From: Fonticula alba ATCC 38817
Lineage: Eukaryota > Protista > Nucleariida
Direction: 5' to 3' (one strand)
NCBI GenBank assembly: GCA_000388065.2
Contig: KB932210.1
DNA: 17,980 bases
Shown here: in pieces, positions 1-9,049 of the stretch
Layout of the letters: every line of letters begins with the position of its first letter
Position numbering within the stretch: the stretch's first letter is position 1
The notes under the pieces: generated by a model
The model's database searches: none
Seen by the model: the letters and a program-made list of their open reading frames with translations, nothing else
What the model was told of the DNA's origin: nothing
Program-made: the position numbers and the translations under genes

Positions 1-2
1 CG

Positions 3-3000
3 GCAGGCTGGTGGCCGGCCGCCCTGCTGGTGCTGCTCGCGGCTCTGGTCGCGGTGCCGGCGGTCCGGCCGGCCGCCGGGCCGGACCTCTTCCTCCACGC
101 CGGGCCGCTGCCCACGGCGGCCCTGACCCCGTCGACGGTCTTCGTCGCGGCGCCGGGGCTGCCCTCGCTGGCCCATGTCCCGGGGCTGGCCTGGTCCGTG
201 TCCCAGCACCGGCAGGCGGACCCCCTGGCCCCGGTGTCGGAGTGCCGGTGGGGGTCCTTCTTCGAGGGCAGCCCCTCGGCCCGGGTGGACTCCCCCCGGC
301 AGGCCTCCCCGCCGGGCCCCGCGTCGCTGATGTACCTCCCGGCGGCCGGGGCCCCGGGGCCGGTCCTGCTCCAGCACACCGACCAGTGGGTGGCCCTGCT
401 GGAGTCGCCGACCGAGCACCCGCTGCCCGGGTCGCACAACACCCTGCTGGCCGCGGTGGCCGGCTCCCCGGGGCAGGTGGACCTGCTGGGCATCGTCGGC
501 CAGCCGGGCCAGGCCCCGCACGCGGTCTTCCTGGCCACCCTGGAGGCCGGGGCCCTGCGCCCGGTGGCCGGGGCCCTGCCCCCGCTGAGCGCCGGCATCC
601 TCGCGGCCCCCGGGCCCGGGCGGACCATCTACCTGTCCGGCGACTCGACGCTCTACCATGTGGCCTTCCTCGGGGCCGGGTCGGCCGGCGTCAGCCAGCT
701 GGCCCTCGACGCCGAGGCCGTCCGCATGGCCTCCACGCGGGTGGTCTCCCCGGCCTCCGAGTGCCCGGGCGCCGCGGATCTCCTGCTCCTGCTGGCCGAC
801 CGGTCGGTCCTGCTGCTGCCCTGCCAGGCCGGCGGCCACACCTCGGGCCCGGCCATGGCCGGGCCCCTGCCGGCCGGGGCCTCCACCGAGGGGCGCTTCC
901 TGGCCCCGCCGGCGCCCTCCCTGCACGAGGCCACCGGGCACTTCTACTTCATGGAGCCCGCGCCCGAGGGCGGCCTGGCCGGGCTGTGGCACGCGGCCCC
1001 CCGGCAGCCCGGCCAGGGGTTCCTCTGGCGCCGGGTCATCCTGCCGGAGGCGGCCCTCTCGGCGACCGTGGGCTCGCTGCAGCTGGCCCGGCTGCGCACC
1101 CTGCCCGAGCCGCACCCCGGCCAGTGGACCCTGGTGGCCGATGGCCAGCTGGTCCTCTTCGACACCGAGGCCTTCGGCTGTGCCACCGACCCGAGCATCG
1201 TCTGTGACGGGCCGACCGAGAGCACCGGCTCCAGGCATGGCTGGGCGTGCGCTCCGGGGCGCGCCCGGTCGCCCTTCCTCTCGGCCGACCAGCTGTGCGC
1301 CGGGTGCGCCGACGGCTTCTTCCTGGACCGGCCGGCCGGTGCGTCCCCCGCCCCTGCGCCGCCGCCGCCGCCGCGGCTCCCGGTACCTGCCTCTCGCCGC
1401 CGCCCCCCCTGACCGTCCTCTCTCCCTCTCTCTCTCTCCGCCCCCCGCCGCCCTCCCCACCACCGCCTCCGCGCAGATGAGCCGCCCTTCGCCGCCCCGT
1501 CGCATGGCTGCCTGCCCTGCCCGCAGGAAAACTGCACGACCTGCACCGCCGAGCACTGCCTCGTGTGCGCGCAGGGCTTCTTGCCGGAGCCCAGCGGCCC
1601 CGGCGGCAGGACAGCCTGCGTGCCGGGCTGCTCGGCCGGCTTCGCCGAACACCCCGGCGCCTGCCTGCCCGATGCCTTCTCCCCGCCGGCGGCCACCTTC
1701 ACCCTCCCCGAGTGGGAGACCTTCCCCGGGCTGCCGACCGGCACCATCGTCACCGGCCTCGGGGAGACCCACCTGATGGTGGCCCCCGACAGTGGGGACC
1801 TGTTCATCCCGGCCCCGGACGCCTCGGCCACCTCGGCCGCCTCGGCCACCTCGCCGGCCCCCGGCACCCGGGTCCTGCTCTTCACCGACCTGGGCGAGAC
1901 GCTGCTGCTGCCGGCGGCCGACATCGCCCGGCCCGGCGCCCCGGCCCCGGTCGAGGTGGGCCTCCTGGCCCCGGGCCCGGGGGAGCCGGTGGTGGCCATG
2001 GCCGAGGCCGGGCCCTTCCGGCATGCCGGCCGCCTGGCCCTGGGCCTGGTCCTGTGCGACCGCCTGGGCCGGGCCTTCGAGGTGTGGCCCGGCTGCCCGG
2101 ATGCCGGCGGGCCCGGCTGCAGCCTGGCCAGCCCGCCGCCCCGGCGGGACCTGGCCCCGGGCCAGTGCCTCGGTGTCCGGCGCCTGGACCGGGGGCATGT
2201 GCTCCTGGTGACGCGCGACGACCAGGGCATCCTCCTGCGGGCCGACCCGGCGGCCGGGCAATTCGTCGGCCTCGGCTCGCGGGTCCTCGGCATGGCCACC
2301 CTGCCCGGGGGCCCGGTGCCGGCCCGGTCCTTCCTGTCGGGCCCGGGGTCCGGCACGTGGGAGGTGCTTTCTGCCAGCCACTCCGGGGTGTCGCTGCTGC
2401 CGGGGGCCCTGCCCGTGGGGGACTCCCGGCGGGAGGCCCTGCTCGGGCTCCTGGCCCCGGCCGCGGCCCCCATGGGCCCCTCGGTGCCGGTGCTGCTGGA
2501 CACCGGCTTCGGCGGCGCGCCGGCCGGCCAGTGGCCCCCCCTGCCGGAGCTGGTGCTCGTCCACACCGCCGGGCCCAGCCTCCAGGTGTCCCGGGCCCCG
2601 GGGGACATGCTGCCGGCCGGCCGGTCCATGGGGGTCCCCTCGGCCGGGCAGACGCTGGGCCCGATGCCCGGGCCGGTGGCCGACACGCCCGGCGGCCCGG
2701 GGCTCCTGGTCCAGCCGGTGTCGCTGCCCTGGCAGCAGCCGCACTACCCGGCCGGGCTGCTGCTCCTGGGCCGGACCTTCTTCGCCCTGGTGCCGCTCTA
2801 CTGCCCGGCCCCGCCGGGGGGGCCGTGCGTCTTCCTCCGGCCGACGGTGCTGCCCCTGTCGGCCCCGATGCATGTGCCGGACAGCGCGCCCAACTGGCAG
2901 CCGGCCATCATCCGGGCCCCCTCGGCCCCGGGGCACGTCCTGACCATGGTCACCTTCGCCGAGGCCGTCGGCCCGATCAGCGTCTCCCTGCAGGTGGCCT

Positions 3001-6000
3001 GCCCGGCCGGGGCATTTGGCCTTGCCTGCGAGCCCTGCCACGGGGCCTGCCGCGAGTGCACCGGCCCCGGGCCCGGGGACTGCACCGCCTGCACGCTGGC
3101 CCTGGCCTCGGCGCCGGACGAGTGCATGGCCGCCTGCCCGGCCGGGCTGCTGGCCGACCTCGACGCCGGCCGGTGCACCTGCGACACCGGGTGCCTCGAC
3201 TGCGAGGCGGACCCCCACCCGGCCGGCGCCGGGGGCTACCGGTGCACCGAATGCTCGGCCGGGTATTTGTTGGTCGACGACCCGGCCCAGCCCGGGCACT
3301 GCCTGCCCTGTGACCGAGCCTGCGCCGGGTGCACGGCCGCCGGCGACCCGGCCGCCTGCACGGCCTGCGCCGCCGGCTGGCTGCTCCACGCCGGGGCATG
3401 TGTGGATGTCTGTCCGGCCGGGCACTGGCCGGACCCGGGGTCGGCCCGGTGCGCTCCCTGCCTGGCCGAGTGCGCGACCTGCAGCGGGCCGGACAGCTGC
3501 ACCGGCTGCCCGGCCGGGCACCATGTCGGGCCGGACGGCCTGTGCCACCGGTGCGACCTGTCCTGCGCCGAGTGCCAGCAGGCCGGCAGCTGCACCGTCT
3601 GCCAGCCGGGGCTGGTGTTCCTCCAAGCCAATGCCCAAGTCCCGTCGCTGTGTGGCCCGACCTGCCTGCCGGGGCAATTCGCCGGGGCCACCCGGTGCAC
3701 CGCCTGCCACCGGTCGTGCGCCCTCTGCACCGGCGAGGCCACCCGGTGCCAGGTGTGCGCCGTGGAGTATGGCTGGGCCTCGGCGCCGGCGCCGGCCCCC
3801 GGGCCCCCGGCGGCCCCGTGCCTGCTCTGCGAGATGGGCTGCACCTCCTGCCTGGCCGGCCGGTGTCTCACCTGCGAGGAGAGCCTCTTCCTGACGCCGG
3901 AGCACGAGTGCTGGGCCTTCTGCATGCCGGGGTTCTACCCGAATGGGGAGTCCTGCCAGCCGTGCGACCCGAGCTGCGGCGAGTGCCGGGGCCCCGGCCT
4001 GGACGAGTGCCTCTCCTGCCCGATGGACCTGCTCTTCCAGGAGTCCCTCTACCCGCTGGGGACGTGCCAGTCCGGCTGCCCGGACGGGTACTTCCTCCAG
4101 GCCGACTCGCAAGAGTGCCTGCCCTGCCATGCGGCCTGCTCCCGGTGCAATGGGCCCTCCGAGGGGGACTGCTGGCAATGCCGGGGGGATGCCCTGCTGC
4201 AGGGGACCCATTGCGTGCAGGCCTGCGCCCCGGGGCATGTGGCCGTCGGCGACCGGTGCCTCCCCTGCCATGCCTCCTGCGCCGAGTGCACCGGGGTCTG
4301 GGCGAGCGAGTGCACCGCCTGCTCGGCGGGGCTGCTGCCCCTGCCGGCCGGCGGCCGGCCCGACCGGTGTGTGGCCGGCTGCCCGGTGGGCTACCACACC
4401 GGCCCGGATGGCTGCACCCGGTGCTCGGATGACCAGTGCGCCAGCTGCCCGGGCGAGGCGGCCGCCTGCGGGCTGTGCACCGGCTCCTGGCTGCTGGCCG
4501 GGCAGGCCTGCCTGCCGACCTGCCCGGCGGACTCCCTGCCCCAGGGCAATGTGTGCACCGTGTGCCATGACTCCTGCGAGGCTTGCTACGGCCCCGGGCC
4601 GGGCCACTGCCTGTCCTGCAGCGCGGCCTTCCCGCTGATGGTGGAGGGCCACTGCCGGGACGCCTGCCCGGCCGGGACCTTCCCGGATGCCGGGACCTGC
4701 CTGCCCTGCCATGGGCTCTGCTCGACCTGCCACGGCCCGGAGCCCGGCCACTGCGCCACCTGCCCGGCCGGCGGCCTGCTCCACGGGGGGTTCTGCCTGG
4801 CCGAGTGCCCGGCCGCCTTCTTCCCCCAGGCCGGGGCGTGCCACCCCTGCCAGGCATCCTGCGCCACGTGCGACAACCGGACCACCTGCGCCACCTGCCC
4901 CGAGGGGGAGCTCCTCCAGCCCGGGGGCACATGCGCCAAGACCTGCCCGGCGGGCTGGCATGGCTGCGCCCCGGACCCCCGGTGCCGGGCCTGCCCGGAG
5001 GGCTGCGCGGCATGTCGGTCGGTCGGCGGCACCTGCCAGCCGGAGTGCACCGCCTGCTCCGGCGGGCTGCTCCTGTCGGCCGGCCAGTGTGTGGCCCAGT
5101 GCGCCGGGGATGAGTATGTCGTGGCCGGGACCGGCACGTGCGCCGCCTGCAGCGCCGCCTGCCGGACCTGCCTCGCGGCGGCCGACAAGTGCACCTCCTG
5201 CCCGGCCGGCCGGCTGCTCCACCCCCCGGCCGGGGCCTGCCTGGATGTGTGTCCGCCGGGCTCGGCCCCGGCCGGGGGGACCTGCCTCGCGTGTGTCGCC
5301 GGCTGCGACCGGTGCGAGGCCGGCCCCGGCCAGGAGGGCTGCGATCCCAGCCGCGAGGGGTTCCTCTCGTGCCCGGAGATCGCCGGGTGCCTGCGCTGCG
5401 CCGGGGGCCTGCTGCTGCTGAATGGGGCCGCCTGTGTGGACCGCTGCCCGGGGGGCTTCTTCGCGGACGCCCGGGCGCCGGCCGGCCCGATGTGCCGGGC
5501 CTGCGACCCGGCATGCGCCGCCTGCTCCGGGCCCGGGCCGGATGGCTGCCTGGCCCCGCCGGGGTCGCGGGCGTCGCGCATCGGCCTGGCCGTCGGCCTG
5601 TCCATGGGCCTGCTGATCTTGCTGATCCTGCTGCTGCTGCTGGTGCTGCTGTGCGTCCGCCGGCGCCACAAGGCCCACCCGGTGGCCAAGGCCGCGGCCG
5701 ACGCCGAGGACGCCACCATGCTGAGCACCCTCCTGGAGCTGGTGGCCCTGCCCGGGGCCCTGGTGGTGGCGGCCGACGTGGACTTCCGGCCGCTGGAGGA
5801 GGAGGAGGAGGAGGAGGCGGCCCCCCCGGGCGCCGGGGGCCCGGCCAGTGTGTACTCGGCGCAGGCCGTCAGCCCGGCCGTGGCCGAGCGGCTGGCCTGC
5901 CCGGCCGTGGTGGCCATCAAGAAGCCCAAGTCCCACCCGATGCCGCCCACGCAGCAGGCCCTCTTCCACAATGAGGTCGCCCTGATGTGGCAGCTGCGCG

Positions 6001-6692
6001 GGCATGGCAACATCGTCCGGCTCTTCGGCTACAGCCACAGCCCGCCGGCCATCGTGATGGAGCGCTTCGACAGCGACCTGCTGACCCTGCTCCGGTCCGG
6101 GGTGCCCCTGTCGCCGGTGCACCTGGCCGACATCATCCACCAGTGGGCCACCGGGCTGGAGGCCATGCACGCCAGCGGCCTGGCCCATGGCGACCTGAGC
6201 CCGGCCAATGTCCTGGTCAGCCAGGGCCATGATGGGGCCTGGCGCGCGGCCCTCGGCCACCTGGGGGCCAGCCGCAACTTCGCGCCCGACCGGCCCTCGG
6301 CCCTCCTCGACACCATGCCGCCCGACCTGCATGCCCTGACCGTGTGCTATGCCGGGCCCGAGGTCATCGCCGCCTTCCACCAGGGCGCCCCCCTGGAGCC
6401 GGGGCTCCGTCCGCCGGCCGACATCTATGCCGCGGCGGTCATGCTCAATGAGTGCATCGCCCGGGCGGCCCCCTGGCCGGGCATGGGCCTGCCGGGGGTC
6501 ATGGCCGCCGTGCTGGCCGGCCAGCGCCCCGGCACCGACGCCCTGCCCCTGGCCGGGCCCTTCGCCGAGGCCCGGCACCTGATCGCCGAGGCCTGGCACG
6601 CGGAGGCCTCTCGCCGGCCGGATGCCGGGGTCTTCCGCCAGCGGTGCGCCGCCCTGCACGTGGCGGCCGGCGGCCCGGCCACGCCGCCCTGA
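3..6692 (+). CDS. Gene 1 (5'-partial): giant receptor-like TKL (pseudo)kinase with furin-like Cys-rich ectodomain; exons <3..1338 and 1477..6692
   Basis: Frame 3 is open from base 3 (AGWWPAALLVLLAALVAVPAVRP, signal-peptide-like; the ATG is presumably upstream of the window). A phase-1 intron 1339..1476 joins ...DRPA/D-EPPFAAPSHGCLPC and runs into the 1563..6692 ORF. Spliced length is 6552 nt, a multiple of 3. It contains CxxC-rich repeats, a hydrophobic TM followed by RRRHK, and kinase motifs VAIKK, NEVALMW, HGDLSPANV, GHLG, YAGPE, DIYAAAV. Confidence 0.9.
1339..1476 (+). other. Spliceosomal intron 1 of gene 1 (138 nt, phase 1)
   Basis: GTGCGT donor at 1339, CTGAC branch-like motif 1409-1413, (CT)-rich pyrimidine tract, CAG acceptor 1474-1476. 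Splicing removes the in-frame TGA at 1410-1412 and restores the frame. Confidence 0.88.
3000..5549 (+). repeat. Furin-like / growth-factor-receptor Cys-rich repeat region of gene 1 (~850 aa)
   Basis: Recurring C..C...C..C.GP....C..C..G..L..G.C...CP.G.(F/Y) pattern in translation, e.g. CLPCHGLCSTCHGPEPGHCATCPAGGLLHGGFCLAECPAAFF. Family assignment is by motif recognition. Confidence 0.85.
5580..5657 (+). other. Single transmembrane helix of gene 1
   Basis: IGLAVGLSMGLLILLILLLLLVLLCV followed by the basic stop-transfer sequence RRRHK. Confidence 0.9.
5781..6660 (+). other. Kinase-fold domain of gene 1, TKL-like, probably catalytically impaired
   Basis: Subdomain motifs in order: GAGGPASVY, VAIKK, HNEVALM, NIVRLFGY, HGDLSPANV (6186-), GHLG (His at 6258-6260), YAGPE, DIYAAAVML, PW, RP...W...RRP. 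Confidence 0.85.
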
Positions 6693-6906
6693 GCCCCCGG
6701 CCCCGGGCCCGCGCCATTCCCCCGTCGTCCGCCCGAGCGGCCTCTCTTCCCCCGAGCGGCCCGTACTTCCATGCGGTCGGCCCCCGCCTCGGCCACCGGG
6801 CGGCCCCATCCCAATAGAGCATTTCATGGAGAATGCCCCGGGCCCGGGCGGCGCCCCCATGCGCCGGAGGTTGTTGCGCGAGGGGCGGCGAGGGGGCGGG
6901 GGGGGG

Positions 6907-7342
6907 NNNNNNNNNNNNNNNNNNNNNNNNNNNNNNNNNNNNNNNNNNNNNNNNNNNNNNNNNNNNNNNNNNNNNNNNNNNNNNNNNNNNNNNNNNNNNN
7001 NNNNNNNNNNNNNNNNNNNNNNNNNNNNNNNNNNNNNNNNNNNNNNNNNNNNNNNNNNNNNNNNNNNNNNNNNNNNNNNNNNNNNNNNNNNNNNNNNNNN
7101 NNNNNNNNNNNNNNNNNNNNNNNNNNNNNNNNNNNNNNNNNNNNNNNNNNNNNNNNNNNNNNNNNNNNNNNNNNNNNNNNNNNNNNNNNNNNNNNNNNNN
7201 NNNNNNNNNNNNNNNNNNNNNNNNNNNNNNNNNNNNNNNNNNNNNNNNNNNNNNNNNNNNNNNNNNNNNNNNNNNNNNNNNNNNNNNNNNNNNNNNNNNN
7301 NNNNNNNNNNNNNNNNNNNNNNNNNNNNNNNNNNNNNNNNNN
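6907..7342. other. Assembly gap (436 N)
   Basis: Run of N between a G-rich tract (~6884-6906) and a C-rich tract (~7379-7428). Confidence 1.
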
Positions 7343-7393
7343 TTTCCATTCTCCCACGGGCCGAATGCTCCCGCGGCGCCCCCCCCCCTTGAG

Positions 7394-7428
<35 letters not shown>
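7394..7428 (+). repeat. Poly(C) homopolymer (35 nt) upstream of the gene 2 start
   Basis: Read directly from the sequence. The length may be inexact next to a gap. Confidence 0.85.
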
Positions 7429-7429
<1 letters not shown>

Positions 7430-7471
7430 CCCCACCTCCCGCATCCCCACCCCCCGCACCCCGTGCACAGC

Positions 7472-8966
7472 ATGCCGCAGGTCGGCGCCTATGGCATAGT
7501 CCTGCTCTGGCTGCTGGCCCTGCTGCCGGCGGGGGCCTGGGGCGCCTCCCCTGTTGGGCCCCGGCCGGCCGGCCGGTCGGGCCCCGGCGCCGGTGCGCAG
7601 GCCCTCATCCTGGACGAGGCCCACCTCCAGCGCGCGCCCTTCCCCCTGTTTGAGCATGACGCCGAGTGGCATTTCCAGGTCGGGGAGTTTGTCCGCGACG
7701 AGCCAGCGAGCCTGGTTACCACGAGCCCGACCACCCGAGAGACTCGGCGCTACCAGTCGACCGCGGTCGATCTGGCCTCCTGGCCCGAGTCCCGCACCGG
7801 GACCCGCTTCAGCATGGACTCCGGACAGATCACCCTCCGGGCGCCCAGCAGCCAGAGCCCCATCACCCCGGGCGACATCTTTCCCATCCCCTTGGCCACT
7901 GGTGAAACCGGCCTCCTGGAGGCGACCCACGACCCGGTAGGGGACTCCCTGCTGATCACCTATGCCAGTGCCGTGGAAAGCAAACTGGACATCCAGGGGC
8001 GCCAAGTCCGGCTGCTGGCCATCCATGCCACCACCGCAACCAATACCCACGTCCTGGTGGCCAGCGACAGCGGCATGCTGGAGGTCGCCTCCATCGGCGG
8101 ATCCTCCGACATTGTCCCGGTTGTTGGCTCATACGGCACCGCGGGCGCCTTTGCCCCCCCCATGCGACAGGGCGACCCGCTGGCCGCCATCGCCGACTCG
8201 CAGGGCACCTTCCACGTGTGGACCCCGAACGCCTACTACACGGCGGTGTGGGAACCCCCGCAGTGGAGGCTGGTCAGTCAGCACCGCGACAGTGTGGTGC
8301 AGGTCCTGACCACACACATCCTGGACTCCGCAACCGAGAGCCGGATTATCCTGTACCGCGACCGGACGCTGGAGCTGTGCTATCACACCCTGACCGGGGC
8401 TTGCACCCTGCCGGTGACCACCACCCTGCCGGCGGAAGTCCCGCAGGACGGGCTGTTCATCAATGCCCCGGCCACCGAGTCTCGGGCGCCGCTCGGGTGG
8501 CTGATGTACGCCCCCCCCGGGGGGCACACCCTCTGGCGCATGGCTGCCCTGGAGAATGCCCAGCAGCTGTCCTGGCAGCCGCTCCGGCTGCCGGCCGGCA
8601 GCGAGCAGGTCGACTCCCTGCGCATGGTTCGCGTGTCCCTGGCCCTTGGCCACCCGCTGACCTGGGTCCCGGCCGGCCGGCACATGTACCTCGAGCCGGG
8701 GGACTTCCGCTGCCCGGGGGCGTCCGCCCAGCCGGATGTGTCCATCCAGTGCGGCAGCTCGGCCTCGAGCAACTGGAGCTGCGTCCCGGGCCGGGTGTTG
8801 GCGCCCTTCACCGTGCCGGGGCTCCTGTGTGGCGGGTGCGCTCGCGCCTGGTCCGCCACCGACCCGGCCAACCTGTCCAGTACGTTGGGCGCCGCGGGCC
8901 GGTGCCCCTGATGCTGCCTCCCTCTTACCCCCGCCCCCTCCCCCGGCTAACCAATGCCCCCTGCTC

Positions 8967-9049
<83 letters not shown>

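Noticed and set aside
30-32. CTG start for gene 1 as given by the ORF track
   Set aside because: The frame is open back to base 3 and the hydrophobic signal segment begins before position 30. The real ATG is probably upstream of the window.
3000-5549. Giardia-type VSP, or PCSK/furin protease
   Set aside because: The CxxC repeats are similar, but the proteins continue into a cytoplasmic kinase, there is no CRGKA tail, and no subtilisin catalytic motifs are visible.
6811-6818. CCAATAGA as a poly(A) signal for gene 1 or a CCAAT box for gene 2
   Set aside because: It is a single short non-canonical match beside a gap and cannot be told from chance.
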